A stretch of 64,000 nucleotides of DNA from positions 1,920,001 through 1,984,000 of the forward strand of contig CBDFJR010000002.1 in assembly GCA_965248535.1 (NCBI GenBank), read 5' to 3'. The stretch comes from Phormidesmis sp. GTDB lineage: Bacteria; Cyanobacteriota; Cyanobacteriia; Leptolyngbyales; Leptolyngbyaceae. Both the position numbers and the translations under genes were made by a program. The notes under the pieces are model-generated. The model did no database searches and was not told the origin of the DNA. It saw only the letters and a list, made by a program, of their open reading frames with translations. This document shows, one piece after another, positions 1 to 10,428 of the stretch (positions are counted from its first letter, which is position 1; the number at the start of each line of letters is the position of its first letter).

Positions 1-23
1 TAAAGGCGCGAGGTTAACGAGCA

Positions 24-194
24 ATGACTTCTAATCAACCGACAACGGCTCCCAAAATAAGCGAACCCAAGTTTGGCTTTAATGATTATGCAGAGCGCCT
101 CAACGGCCGAGCCGCTATGATTGGCTTCGTCGCCGCGTTGATCGTTGAGTATGTAACGGGTCAAGGCGTGATGTCTTGGCTAGGTTTGATGTAG
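24..194 (+). CDS. hli: High-light-inducible protein (HLIP/SCP, CAB/ELIP family), 56 aa; not in the ORF track
   Basis: Manual translation MTSNQPTTAPKISEPKFGFNDYAERLNGRAAMIGFVAALIVEYVTGQGVMSWLGLM contains the ExxNGRxAMxG chlorophyll-binding motif. Confidence 0.95.
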   Translation: MTSNQPTTAPKISEPKFGFNDYAERLNGRAAMIGFVAALIVEYVTGQGVMSWLGLM

Positions 195-224
195 CTTGAG
201 TTCTGAATCTAAGATTCGTCAGCG

Positions 225-249
225 GGGCAGACTCTCATCTGCCCTTTGT
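225..249 (+). terminator. Probable intrinsic terminator of hli
   Basis: GGGCAGA/TCTGCCC stem followed by TTTGT. Confidence 0.5.
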
Positions 250-426
250 TATGATTGAATGATCTGCCTAAATCAGCGTGCTGCTGCCCATAATTTTGCT
301 TATAATCGTCGCAACTTGATTATTTAATTCGCCATTTTAGGTCAAAAACTATAGAAATCTAGAAGCCCTATCCTTGACAAGTTAACGGCTTTAAAATAAG
401 AAGTAACTGCAACAGAGCTAAATTTT

Positions 427-723
427 ATGAGTATTGTCTGGTCACGGATGTTCAGAACCGTTTATCGGAAGGAACCAATCACCGGATTTGTGCTGATTGC
501 AGGGGCCGTCGATGCGGCGATCGGGGGCATTGATGGCAGCACGTCACTGGTGATATTTGGTCTGAGTGCGGTTGGGGTGGCGATCGCGCTCAGACTGTGG
601 CAATCTCAAAAACGCTCTCCTGACATGCCAGAACGCCGAGCTATCCACGCGCTGCCGCCCGCGTCTTCTCGTCCCTCTCTACCGATGCTCTCGATGTCCA
701 AGAAAAGCCCACCTCAGAGCTAG
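427..723 (+). CDS. Small membrane protein of unknown function
   Basis: 98-aa ORF with two hydrophobic helices and a Pro/Ser tail. Confidence 0.75.
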   Translation: MSIVWSRMFRTVYRKEPITGFVLIAGAVDAAIGGIDGSTSLVIFGLSAVGVAIALRLWQSQKRSPDMPERRAIHALPPASSRPSLPMLSMSKKSPPQS

Positions 724-774
724 CGTTTTAGGGAATTTTTGTCAGGGCATTGAGGCCCCATCGTCTATGTACCT

Positions 775-1860
775 CTAAGTCCAATATAAAATCTGGGCTT
801 GAGGAAAGCGATCGTGAATTTGCCCTTCAAAAAACTGGCGCATCGTCTTCATGGTCGTCGAGTCATAAACGTATTTAACGCCGCCGAACTTATTTCGCTT
901 CATGACGCGCTTCGACTCATCCATCTCTAGCTTGCTGTTGGGATACCAACTCTGCAACACCTCTTTAGAACCAGGCGTAAAGCGGTGGGAGATTAGCTCA
1001 AAAGTCAAGTCGCAGTCAAAATCTAAAGCAGCCCCAATCGACTCAAATAAGCGATCGTAGTGCAATTCCCAATCTTCGATCGGCATGATTGGCGCAATCA
1101 CCAACCCAATCGGATAGCCGCCTCCCCCTTGCTGACGCGGCAAGGCCAGGTTTCTCAACGCTTGAAGTCGATTGGCGACCGATGCTGTGCCGCCTTCGAG
1201 ACGATCGCTAATCGGGGCAGCATTGACGCTAAATCGGCAGCGCGTGTGACCATTGTGCGGCAGATCGAGCAGGTCATCGACCCCATCAAATTTCGACACC
1301 CAGCGCAGATAGCCGTTGTCCCGCGTCCCAAAATAGCGAATGCACTCGGCTAAACTGCCCGTCAAATGCTCAATGCCGAGCGGATCGGTGTAGCAACTCA
1401 CCTCAAAAGAAGTTGGCTTGTCTGATCGCTCATAGCCACCAAGATTTTGCAGTGTTTGAGGCAGATTGGCAAAGGCTCTAATCACAGGCGGCCCCGACAG
1501 ACTCCCGGCTAGATAGCAATATTGACAATGAGCCGGGCAGCCCTCAGCTAAGTGAAACTGCCAATCAGCAGACGGCGGAATCGGACTCAGTTTGAGGCTG
1601 CTGGGTGGCGCATTCACCACGGCTAGGGTGCGTTTGGAGATAGCGTAGGTCTCGCGATCGGTCTCGCCGCGCAGACCTGTCAGGCGATTTTTGGGCAGCG
1701 TCTCAACGGGCAAATTGAGCGCTGTGACTCGCGAAAGAATTTCTTGACCCCACGGCTCATCTAGCGCCGCCGGAGTGAAGAGAACCTGTTCAGGCATCCA
1801 CAAACGAGTTGGATGCGTGACTTTGGGGATAGAAATCTGAGGCCCGATCGAGTGAACCAA
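775..1860 (-). CDS. splB: Spore photoproduct lyase family radical SAM protein
   Basis: CxxxCxxC (GCPAHCQYCYL), FEVSCYTDPLGIEHLT, HNGHTRCRFSVN, TFELISHRFT and C-terminal ILYWT align by eye with Bacillus SplB. Confidence 0.88.
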   Translation of the reverse strand: MVHSIGPQISIPKVTHPTRLWMPEQVLFTPAALDEPWGQEILSRVTALNLPVETLPKNRLTGLRGETDRETYAISKRTLAVVNAPPSSLKLSPIPPSADWQFHLAEGCPAHCQYCYLAGSLSGPPVIRAFANLPQTLQNLGGYERSDKPTSFEVSCYTDPLGIEHLTGSLAECIRYFGTRDNGYLRWVSKFDGVDDLLDLPHNGHTRCRFSVNAAPISDRLEGGTASVANRLQALRNLALPRQQGGGGYPIGLVIAPIMPIEDWELHYDRLFESIGAALDFDCDLTFELISHRFTPGSKEVLQSWYPNSKLEMDESKRVMKRNKFGGVKYVYDSTTMKTMRQFFEGQIHDRFPQAQILYWT

Positions 1861-1947
1861 TCTCTCTGCTCCATCTTGTTTGCTCTATCCCTATTGTCGT
1901 TTTTCTTGCGCGATCGAAAAACCTCAGTATGAGCGGGTTTCACGACT

Positions 1948-2988
1948 TTAAGACGGGTTTTCAGGGGAGCTTGCCGACGGCTTAAAAGCAGGGAGATTTT
2001 CAGCCTGGCTGGGCGTTGATCGAAGGCGATTAAATTGCCCTAAGGCCCAGAGAGCGGTCTCTTGCACCTCCTGATCGGGGTCGTCAGACGCTTGATGCAG
2101 CAGATGGCTCATTTGAGAAACCAGGTCATAGACGCGAGTCAAATCTCGAATCGCATTTTTACGCACATCGGCGCTCTCATCTTGCAGCGAAATCGCCAGC
2201 GCTCGACTGAGAGGTTTGAGTGTCCGGGTGCCAATCTCAGAGAGGGCAGACAAGATCAAACTGCGCTGCTTAGAGTCAGAATCAATCAGCAGGTCAACCA
2301 TCGGCTGCACGGCCCGCGTGTCGCCTCGTTGCCCCAGTTCCCAAATGATTTTTTGCCGTTTTGTGGGATCGGGAGTGCGAAGCTCTCGCAGCAATTCGTC
2401 AACAATACTGATTTTGGCCAGTCGGGTCGTTTCAGAAACCTGAGACTCTTCGCCCCGATTGACTTCGGAAAGTTCTTTAGGGTGAGACGGCTCTGAGACG
2501 GAACTTGGTTTGACGAGATGACTCTGGCTAAAACTGGCTGAATGAGCAGCAGGTTCTTCAGGGGTTTCTCTGACTCTAGATGGCTCGATCGCATCCTCTA
2601 AGCTGATCTTGGGCGAGAGCATCGACGACTCTAGCAGGGGGGATGACCTTGACAAAACGGACTGTCGCCTGAACACAAAAAAGGCTAGCCCGCCTCCCAC
2701 CGCAGAAACCGCTACAAGGCTCAAAAGTCCCCATTTTGGGGATGAGTGATTAACGTTAGCGACTCCATTTGAGATCTGCGCCGGAGTGATTTTGGCTCGG
2801 TCGGCAGCGATCGCGACTGGATCACGAGAGATTTTTTGAGCCTTAGGTGCTGAAGACTCGCTCACAGTCGCCGTTGCAGGTGAGGAAGCTGGCTGACTCA
2901 CCCAACTTTTGACCGATTCAGGAACTGCACCTAAACCAGCCAAGCTAGCAACGAGTAACCAACCGACGTAGCGAAAAACCATAAGCAA
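1948..2988 (-). CDS. Membrane-anchored HEAT/PBS-lyase repeat protein
   Basis: N-terminal hydrophobic segments, Ser/Pro-rich linker, C-terminal HEAT repeats (IWELGQRGDTRAV, LQDESADVRKNA, DDPDQEVQETALWAL). Confidence 0.8.
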   Translation of the reverse strand: MLMVFRYVGWLLVASLAGLGAVPESVKSWVSQPASSPATATVSESSAPKAQKISRDPVAIAADRAKITPAQISNGVANVNHSSPKWGLLSLVAVSAVGGGLAFFVFRRQSVLSRSSPLLESSMLSPKISLEDAIEPSRVRETPEEPAAHSASFSQSHLVKPSSVSEPSHPKELSEVNRGEESQVSETTRLAKISIVDELLRELRTPDPTKRQKIIWELGQRGDTRAVQPMVDLLIDSDSKQRSLILSALSEIGTRTLKPLSRALAISLQDESADVRKNAIRDLTRVYDLVSQMSHLLHQASDDPDQEVQETALWALGQFNRLRSTPSQAENLPAFKPSASSPENPS

Positions 2989-3119
2989 ACCCAGATGGGA
3001 GTAGGACTAGCGTACCAATAAAGGTGTCTTTTCTGGCTAGCTCAATGCTAACCGCCATCCCTGGATTGTCTGCAAAAAAGTTTCGCTAATCTTCGGCGAT
3101 TGGCTCTAATTTCAGACGG

Positions 3120-4238
3120 TTACTCAGATTCCGATTCGGCGATCGTGACTGCCCCGATCGTCCGCTCACCCACCTCTGATGCAGATAGAGGCGATCCATT
3201 CTGATTCTCACCGGATTGATCCCCAAGCACTTCGCCAAACGTGGGTCGCTTAAAGCGTTGGCTCAACTCGTCTCGTTGGTTGATCAAATAAATGCTGACC
3301 AGCGTTAGACACACCCCAAACCACTGCACCTGACTCAGCACCTCTGAGAGAAAAAGATTGCCAAATAAAAGCGCAAAAACGGGCGTGAGAAAGGTGAGAG
3401 AACTGAGGCTCGTCAAGCTTCCGCTAGCGGCAAAATAGAAAAATAACCCGTAAGCGATCGCGCTCCCAAAAATTGTTGCGTAGGCTAGAGCCAGCCAGTT
3501 AGCCGTCGTCAGATCGACCCACTGTGCCGATTCCAACTGGTTAGACAGCGCAAAGAGCGGCAATCCACCAATAATCATGTGCCATCCTGTCGCGGTCACC
3601 GGGTCAGCGTGGCGGCAAACATAGCGCACCATGACTGTGCCGATCGCCATCGACAAAGCGGCTAACAGCATCAGCCACTGACCGTTGTCAAACAGGCTGA
3701 GAACGATCTCAGAGACGGCACGATCGCTGGAAATAGTCCACTGCCCGCTTGCGATCGCGGTCTTCACCCACTCGCCTGCCGACCCGATCCAGGCTTCGGG
3801 CAGCCCCAGCAGGCTGATTCCCAATACGCCGATGCCCAGACCGAGCCAACCCCAAAGCCCGATCGTCTCTCCAAATAGCCACAGCGCTAGCAGGGCGACC
3901 GCTAACGGCTGTGAGTCGATCATCACCGAGCCTAGACCCGCCCCAGTTCTCATTAAGCCTTGGGCTAAAAACCCTTGAAAGAGCGCTCCGTCAACCAAGC
4001 CAAACAGCGCAATCCACAGCCAGGCAGCCCACCCTTTAGGTTGAGGTCTGCCCATCCACACCCCTGCCGCTAGCACCAGCACCCCCGCAGGCACTAATCG
4101 CACCCCTGCCATAAAAAATGGAGTCGTGTGGGGAATCACCCCTTTCATCGCCACCATTGCGGTTCCCCAGAGAAAAAAGGGCGCAATCAGCAGCAGAGGC
4201 ATAAACGACGATCGAGACTCGGTGAGCTTGAGAGACAT
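3120..4238 (-). CDS. DMT/EamA family transporter
   Basis: Multiple TM helices with two EamA repeats; ATG 4238 preferred over TTG 4271. Confidence 0.88.
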   Translation of the reverse strand: MSLKLTESRSSFMPLLLIAPFFLWGTAMVAMKGVIPHTTPFFMAGVRLVPAGVLVLAAGVWMGRPQPKGWAAWLWIALFGLVDGALFQGFLAQGLMRTGAGLGSVMIDSQPLAVALLALWLFGETIGLWGWLGLGIGVLGISLLGLPEAWIGSAGEWVKTAIASGQWTISSDRAVSEIVLSLFDNGQWLMLLAALSMAIGTVMVRYVCRHADPVTATGWHMIIGGLPLFALSNQLESAQWVDLTTANWLALAYATIFGSAIAYGLFFYFAASGSLTSLSSLTFLTPVFALLFGNLFLSEVLSQVQWFGVCLTLVSIYLINQRDELSQRFKRPTFGEVLGDQSGENQNGSPLSASEVGERTIGAVTIAESESE

Positions 4239-4404
4239 GGGCGGCTGGTGGCTAACGGGAATTTTGGTCAATTCTATTCGGTTATGTACTTATGTTAAGT
4301 GACCAGCGCCACGGTTGAATCGTTTCTGATCCCCAATTTTCCCCCTCGCTGCTGGACTTGAGGCACACTAGAAGATCAAGTCGTTCTCACTCACCGTCGG
4401 TTTA

Positions 4405-5259
4405 ATGCCCATGATTTCGCTTTTTAAGTCTCGGTTTCGCAAACAAATTGCTCGCATTGAAATCAAAGGCGCGATCGCGGGGGCAACGCGCGATCGGGTG
4501 CTTAAAGACCTTAAATTGGTCGAAGAAAGACGCTTCCCCGTTCTATTGCTGCGGATTGACAGCCCCGGTGGAACGGTTGCTGATTCCCACGAGATTTATT
4601 GTGCCCTCAAGCGGCTGCAAGAAAAGGTCAAAATCGTTGCTAGTTTTGGCAATATCTCAGCATCGGGCGGAGTCTATATCGGCGTAGGCGCTCAACATAT
4701 CATGGCCAACCCTGGCACCATCACAGGCAGCATTGGCGTGATTTTGCGGGGCAACAACCTAGAGCGTTTACTAGAGAAGGTGGGTGTGTCGTTTAAGGTG
4801 ATCAAATCAGGGCCTTATAAAGATATTTTGGCCTTCGATCGTCAACTCACCGATGCCGAACAGCACATTTTGCAAGAACTGATTGATGTCACCTATGCCC
4901 AGTTTGTGGGCGTGGTTGCCGAAGGGCGAAATCTCACCCCTGAGACGGTGAGACAGTTTGCTGATGGTCGCGTCTTTACGGGGCAGCAGGCCCTATCGCT
5001 CGGACTCGTCGATCGCCTCGGCACCGAAGAAGATGCTCGTCGCTGGGCAGCCGAACTGGCCGGACTCGATCCTGAAAAAACCAAATGTTTCACCTTTGAA
5101 GAGAAAAAGCCCCTGGTCAGCCGTCTCACCTCAAATGGCAGTGTAAATGAGGGTGTCGCCCGCGCCTTTTCTAACCTGCCTGGGCTGGCGGCTGGTGCTG
5201 AGTGGTTAGAGTTTGAGTTGTCTACCAATGGGCTTCCCCTGTGGCTCTATCGCCCTTGA
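4405..5259 (+). CDS. sppA: Signal peptide peptidase SppA, 36K type (S49)
   Basis: RIDSPGG, SASGGVYI, TGSIGVI, KSGPYKD, DGRVFTGQQA motifs. Confidence 0.93.
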   Translation: MPMISLFKSRFRKQIARIEIKGAIAGATRDRVLKDLKLVEERRFPVLLLRIDSPGGTVADSHEIYCALKRLQEKVKIVASFGNISASGGVYIGVGAQHIMANPGTITGSIGVILRGNNLERLLEKVGVSFKVIKSGPYKDILAFDRQLTDAEQHILQELIDVTYAQFVGVVAEGRNLTPETVRQFADGRVFTGQQALSLGLVDRLGTEEDARRWAAELAGLDPEKTKCFTFEEKKPLVSRLTSNGSVNEGVARAFSNLPGLAAGAEWLEFELSTNGLPLWLYRP

Positions 5260-5271
5260 TGCTAACCCGAT

Positions 5272-5309
5272 GATGCCTGAGACATCCCAACTCTGCCGTC
5301 TCAGGCATC
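5272..5309 (+). terminator. Hairpin downstream of sppA (terminator or RNA-stabilising stem)
   Basis: 12-bp perfect inverted repeat GATGCCTGAGAC/GTCTCAGGCATC; no clear U-tract. Confidence 0.5.
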
Positions 5310-5487
5310 TCAACGAGCCTCGTGTAATCCCTTAGATCAGCAAATTCACGGGGCTGAATTAAAACTTTTTTTATCCTTTATCGTTGATTTTGCATCGCTT
5401 CACACTCTCTTGATAAGCTGGTGATTAAGGCAGGAGCGACTACAATTAATCGGCTGGCAACTAGCAAAAACCCGGAGGGATGAAACT

Positions 5488-5901
5488 GTGCAGTGGAGAG
5501 TTCGAGCGGTTCGTGGGGCAACCACAGCTTCGAGCAATAGCATCGAGGCGATTCGAGAAGCGGTCACTGAGTTACTAGATGAACTGGAAGCTCATAATCG
5601 ACTTGATTTTGACGAGATTATCAGTGTTACATTTTCTGCAACTCGTGATTTGGATGCCATCTATCCAGCCGCGATCGCTCGTGAGCGTCCTCACTGGTCA
5701 AACGTGCCGTTGCTAGACGTGCAGCAAATGTATGTCGAAGGCAGTTTAGAGCGCTGCATTCGCTTCTTGATTCACTTCAACACGCCTGACCCAGAAATTA
5801 GAATTTATCATCCCTACATGAGACACGCCAAGAGTCTTCGACCCGATTGGACGCTGGCTCAACTCACCGCTTCACCCATGAGGCTCAGAAGCCGCGATTA
5901 G
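5488..5901 (+). CDS. aroH: AroH-type chorismate mutase
   Basis: VRAVRGATT, FSATRDLDAIYPA, LERCIR, LRPD motifs; GGAGG RBS before GTG. Confidence 0.93.
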   Translation: MQWRVRAVRGATTASSNSIEAIREAVTELLDELEAHNRLDFDEIISVTFSATRDLDAIYPAAIARERPHWSNVPLLDVQQMYVEGSLERCIRFLIHFNTPDPEIRIYHPYMRHAKSLRPDWTLAQLTASPMRLRSRD

Positions 5902-5969
5902 AAACCGATTTAATATCAAAAATTTGGGAAGGGAGTTCGCTGTGGGGCAGGCTCCCTCTTTTGTAGTGG

Positions 5970-6521
5970 TTAACGCATCTCTTGCAGCAACGGCATAATC
6001 TCGTCACACCAAGCCAGCCAGCCCGTTTCATAGTGAATGCCTCGCAGCAAGGTCATGTATTGAAACTGGAGGTTTTTTGACAACGCTTGCGGATTTTTGA
6101 AGTATTGGCTGCTGATGTCCTGATAAATCGCCAATCGTTGCTGATGTTGCTGACGATGCGCCTCAAGCTTTATCACGATCGTCGAACCCGGTACTAAATG
6201 CCCAACATAGAGTTTCACGAGCAGATCATCTTTGATCGGTGCCATCTCCTCTGCCTTGGCGACCCATTGACCTAGCTGCTGTTTGCCCAAGGCCGTCACG
6301 CCATAGATGCGCTTGTCGGGGCGATTTTCTTGCTGCACCGCTTCGGCTTGCAGCCACTCCTTTTCCTCTAAGCGGCTCAGTTCTCGATAAATCTGTTGAA
6401 AGCTAGCGCTCCAGAAAAAACCAACCGACCCTTCCACCGAGGGGTTAAATCGTTTGGCCAGGTCATAGCCGCTGCTAGGGGCAGTGATCAAGACCGACAG
6501 AATGGCATAGGTAAGAGACAT
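5970..6521 (-). CDS. PadR/AphA-family transcriptional regulator with C-terminal dimerisation helices
   Basis: SGYDLAK, FFWSASFQQIYREL, RPDKRIYGVT motifs. Confidence 0.92.
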   Translation of the reverse strand: MSLTYAILSVLITAPSSGYDLAKRFNPSVEGSVGFFWSASFQQIYRELSRLEEKEWLQAEAVQQENRPDKRIYGVTALGKQQLGQWVAKAEEMAPIKDDLLVKLYVGHLVPGSTIVIKLEAHRQQHQQRLAIYQDISSQYFKNPQALSKNLQFQYMTLLRGIHYETGWLAWCDEIMPLLQEMR

Positions 6522-6536
6522 GGGCAATCAGTTGAC

Positions 6537-6587
6537 ATATTCACTTAATTGAATATATCTTAGATTGCATATTCAATTAAGTGAATA
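6537..6587. promoter_or_regulatory. Two palindromic operators (ATATTCA-N6-TGAATA[T]) between divergent padR and its likely target
   Basis: TATTCACTTAATTGAATAT (6538-6556) and its exact reverse complement at 6569-6587; each arm is itself near-palindromic. Confidence 0.75.
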
Positions 6588-6641
6588 GTCTCATTTTTGA
6601 ATTAAAACTCACAGGCAGCATTATTGAAAAGGAGTCTGAAA

Positions 6642-7046
6642 ATGGCCAGTGTCAAGCGCTATTCGGTTTACCAACTTGATCTGCCGGAGCACCCAGAGGC
6701 AGTCGTCTTTGTGAATGGGTTTTTGGCCCGCGATCGCGCCGGATTTTTCTGGATGTGGAAACATCTGTGGTGGATCAAGAGCGCCACGCTTAAAGCAGAA
6801 GGCTGTGTGCAAGTAAAAGCTGGAATTTGCGACTCTAACGAAGTGATCATGGTCAGCTACTGGCGTTCTGACTCTGACCTAAAACAGTTCTTTCAAGGTG
6901 AGGCACATCGACGGATGGTGCAGTTTGTGATGAAAAACCCCAACAGCCTCTGTTTATATAACGAAACCTATCAACCGGGGCACAGTGGCAAATATAGCCA
7001 TGAGCCACAGGGGATGGCGACCCTCTACGCAAGTTCGACACCGTGA
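6642..7046 (+). CDS. DUF4188/ABM-like dimeric alpha-beta barrel protein (putative monooxygenase)
   Basis: MVSYWRSDSDLKQF..GEAHRR..LYNETY pattern; AAGGAG RBS before ATG 6642. Confidence 0.7.
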   Translation: MASVKRYSVYQLDLPEHPEAVVFVNGFLARDRAGFFWMWKHLWWIKSATLKAEGCVQVKAGICDSNEVIMVSYWRSDSDLKQFFQGEAHRRMVQFVMKNPNSLCLYNETYQPGHSGKYSHEPQGMATLYASSTP

Positions 7047-7232
7047 ACCCCTGACCAGATCGTCTGCTGCCCGTGGTGATTCAGGTTGGGGGCTGCTGCC
7101 ATCGTTGGCTCATGGCTCTGGCACGCAGTTCCTAATATCTCTTTAGACAGATTGCCAGCCTGGGGAATTATGAGAGAATTTTACACACTTTAATACACAT
7201 CTAATACAATTTTAATCAGGGATAGTAAATTT

Positions 7233-7424
7233 ATGGAACTCAAGAGACGGCTCGACTTAATTCGGTTTTTAAGAGAAGAATTAGCGCTTCCGGCGGCGGC
7301 GATCGAGCTAGCCACCCGCCAGCCTGACCAAGACGCAACCTCGCTGCCGATGGTGCTGTGGCAATATGGCTTAGTGACGCTCTCGCAGCTAGATCAGATT
7401 TTTGACCGGATGGAGATTATCTAA
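7233..7424 (+). CDS. DUF2949 family small protein
   Basis: LIRFLREELAL...LPMVLWQYGLVTLSQLDQIFD signature. Confidence 0.85.
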   Translation: MELKRRLDLIRFLREELALPAAAIELATRQPDQDATSLPMVLWQYGLVTLSQLDQIFDRMEII

Positions 7425-8161
7425 TAGTTCACCGACGACAGTCGCCCGTTTTTGATCTGCACGACTGGATGATTAGAAAGACGAATCAAACTCTCATCAT
7501 GAGTCGTCACAATCACCGTAATCCCAATCTGATTTAGCTTTTTAAGAATCTTAATCACCTGCCAAGAGTTGTCTGGGTCAAGGTTTCCGGTTGGCTCGTC
7601 TGCCAGAAGTAAGGGAGGCGTGCCCACGATCGCTCGTGCAATGCTGACGCGCTGCTGCTCACCCCCCGATAGCTCTTCAGGAAAACACGCTGCTTTATGC
7701 TGCAATCCCACCATTTTGAGGGCAGGGGGCAGTCGTCGCTCGACTTCTTTGCGCGTGTAGCCCTGGGCCCACAGCACAAACGAGATATTCTCAGTCACCG
7801 TGCGCCGAGGAATCAGCTTATAGTCTTGAAACACGATGCCAATGCGACGACGCAATAATGAGAGGCGATCGCCCCGCAGCTTGGCCGGAAACTCATTATC
7901 CACTCTGACTTCGCCTTGAGACGCGCACTCTTCGCCATAGAGCAGCTTGAGAAACGTAGATTTGCCAGAACCCGATGGCCCCGTGACAAACAAAAAGTCA
8001 CCCCGCTTGACCTCTAAGCTGACATCGATCAGCGCTTGGCTGCCATTGCGATAAGTCTTGCTGACGCTCTGAAGCTGAATAATGTTGTCTTGAGGAGGCT
8101 GGCTCGACGATCGGCGATCGCGCTGCCCATTTTCAGACGAATCGGTGAGAACTTGCGGCAT
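7421..8161 (-). CDS. ftsE: Cell division ATP-binding protein FtsE
   Basis: [48 protein letters not shown]. Confidence 0.9.
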   Translation of the reverse strand: MPQVLTDSSENGQRDRRSSSQPPQDNIIQLQSVSKTYRNGSQALIDVSLEVKRGDFLFVTGPSGSGKSTFLKLLYGEECASQGEVRVDNEFPAKLRGDRLSLLRRRIGIVFQDYKLIPRRTVTENISFVLWAQGYTRKEVERRLPPALKMVGLQHKAACFPEELSGGEQQRVSIARAIVGTPPLLLADEPTGNLDPDNSWQVIKILKKLNQIGITVIVTTHDESLIRLSNHPVVQIKNGRLSSVNY

Positions 8162-8217
8162 GAGACGTGACGAGGGAAAGTCAACCTATTAGAACACAAA
8201 CGGCCAGAGTTCACACG

Positions 8218-9036
8218 TCAAAATCTGGTGCTGACGGGGTTGCGACTTGTGAGCCGATAGAGCAGCGATCGCCACGCAAACTGCGGCAGCGCCAGCATTC
8301 TGCGCCAGCGCCACGGCTCTTGATAGAGGCGATAAACCCACTCTAGATGGTTATCTCTAAGCCAGCCGGGGGCACGGGTCTTGGTGCCTGCCCAGATGTC
8401 AAAACTACCGCCCACGCCGATCCACAGCGATTGAGGGCAGAGATGACGGTGGGCGGCGATCCACAGTTCTTGACGCGGAACGCCTAAGCCGACCAAAATA
8501 ATCTCAGGCTGTAAGGTTTGCAGAGTTTTGAGAAACGCAGGTTCTTCTTGAGCCGAAAGATAGCCGTTTTGCACCCCGGCGATCGCTAGCCCCGATAACC
8601 GCTTTTGCCACTGGTCGGCGGCGATTTGAGCTACGTCTGGGGCGCTGCCAAAAAAGAACACTGAGATCGGCGATCGCGCTGAGGCATTTAAACCCTGAGA
8701 AATCAGCGATCGCTCTAAGTTCAGCCGAGCCGCTTTTTTGAGAATTGCCTCTGCTAACTCAATACCGGGGCATCGGGCCACACGCTTGCCATAGAGCCGC
8801 AGATAAAACACAATGCCCGCCCCATCGGGAATCACCAATTCAGCCTGATGGATAATGTCTGCCAGAGCGGAATTTTGTGCAGCCTGCATGGTCATCTCGG
8901 CGTTGAGAGTGACCACCTGACAGCCCAGGCGCTGATCGATGCGATCGAATAACCAGCCAGAATAATCGTCTCGCAAGTGCATAGGCAGCCCCATCACCGA
9001 AAATTGATGGTCTGTTTTCATGGTTGGATGGCTCAC
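8218..9036 (-). CDS. WecB/TagA/CpsF family glycosyltransferase
   Basis: VVTLNAE, PDGAG, VGLGVPRQE, GVGGSFD, LEWVYRLYQEPWR. Confidence 0.92.
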   Translation of the reverse strand: MSHPTMKTDHQFSVMGLPMHLRDDYSGWLFDRIDQRLGCQVVTLNAEMTMQAAQNSALADIIHQAELVIPDGAGIVFYLRLYGKRVARCPGIELAEAILKKAARLNLERSLISQGLNASARSPISVFFFGSAPDVAQIAADQWQKRLSGLAIAGVQNGYLSAQEEPAFLKTLQTLQPEIILVGLGVPRQELWIAAHRHLCPQSLWIGVGGSFDIWAGTKTRAPGWLRDNHLEWVYRLYQEPWRWRRMLALPQFAWRSLLYRLTSRNPVSTRF

Positions 9037-9118
9037 GATCGTTCCTCACGTTCCCGCTATAGATTTTACGCTATGGATTTTAACTGAACAGGTGAAGGTT
9101 GCCCCCAAGATATCGCTT

Positions 9119-10231
9119 TCAGTGGCTCAACACCAAATTATCTCGATGCACGATCGTCTCGGCTCCTTCATAGCCCAAGATTTTTGGGATCTCTTCGGAT
9201 TGGTGCCCTTGAATTTTTTGCAACTCTTCGCCACTGTAGTTCACCAGCCCTTTAGCGATTTCATGACCCGCCTGATCGCACAGCGTTACCGCGTCATGAC
9301 TCTCAAACTCGCCCTCGACGTGCAAAATTCCGGCGGCGAGCAGTGATTTTCCGGCCGTGCGAATGGCTTCGACGGCTCCTTCATCTAGGATGAGTTTGCC
9401 TGTCGAGACCAAGCCGTGAGCGATCCAGCGTTGCCGGGCGTTAAACGGACGCGGCTGCGGCTCAAATTGAGTGCCGATCGCGTCGCCTGCCAAAATCTTT
9501 AAGAGGTTCAGCGGCGATCGTCCCTGGGTAATCACCGTTCTCACTCCAGCACCCGTCGCGATCTGAGCCGCCGCGATTTTGGTCACCATGCCGCCTGTGC
9601 CCCAGCGAGATCCCGCGCTGCCTGTCTGCACCTGAAGATCTGCCAGGTGCTTGATGTTTTGAACTAGGGAAATCGGTTGAGCATCGGGGTTATTGCGCGG
9701 ATCGTCGGAATAGAGGCGATCGACATCGGTGAGCAAAAATAACCAATCGGCATCGACTAAACTAGCCACCAGCGCTGACAGCGTATCGTTATCACCAAAC
9801 TTGAGTTCATCCACCGCGACGGTATCGTTTTCGTTGACGATCGGGACTACTCCCAAGTGCAGCAACTCTTGAAAGGTGCGATAGACGTTGACATAGCGAC
9901 TGCGCTCAACCAAATCGCCACGGGTCAATAACACTTGCGCGATCGGCTGCTGCATGGCGGTGAAAAAGTCATCATAGATTCGCATCAGGCGGCCTTGCCC
10001 AACGGCGGCGACGGCTTGTTTAAGGGCGATCGATTTAGGGCGATCGGTCATTCCCAACCTGGCGCAGCCGACTCCGACGGCTCCTGAAGACACCAGCACG
10101 ACTTGATAGCCCTGCTGCCGCAGAGTGCTGAGAACTTCGACTAAGGCCGCGATCGTGGATAGGGCGAGTTGACCCGTCTCAGGCTGAGTCAAACTAGACG
10201 TGCCAATTTTGACTACTACTGTTTGAGCCAT
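9119..10231 (-). CDS. proB: Glutamate 5-kinase with PUA domain
   Basis: [39 protein letters not shown]. Confidence 0.97.
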   Translation of the reverse strand: MAQTVVVKIGTSSLTQPETGQLALSTIAALVEVLSTLRQQGYQVVLVSSGAVGVGCARLGMTDRPKSIALKQAVAAVGQGRLMRIYDDFFTAMQQPIAQVLLTRGDLVERSRYVNVYRTFQELLHLGVVPIVNENDTVAVDELKFGDNDTLSALVASLVDADWLFLLTDVDRLYSDDPRNNPDAQPISLVQNIKHLADLQVQTGSAGSRWGTGGMVTKIAAAQIATGAGVRTVITQGRSPLNLLKILAGDAIGTQFEPQPRPFNARQRWIAHGLVSTGKLILDEGAVEAIRTAGKSLLAAGILHVEGEFESHDAVTLCDQAGHEIAKGLVNYSGEELQKIQGHQSEEIPKILGYEGAETIVHRDNLVLSH

Positions 10232-10428
10232 AGAACATTTAAAATAATGGTTGGATGATTGAGAGCGTTAATCCCTAAAGACATAGAAAATTAGTCGTGA
10301 ATTTCGCGCTAGGATCAACCATTAATCATAGAGTGAAGATGGGTAGGATCAATCATTCTACTGAAGGTTTGATTTTGACACGATCGCGCAATGCAGGCGC
10401 AGACACTATTGAGAGCAATGCTAATGCC

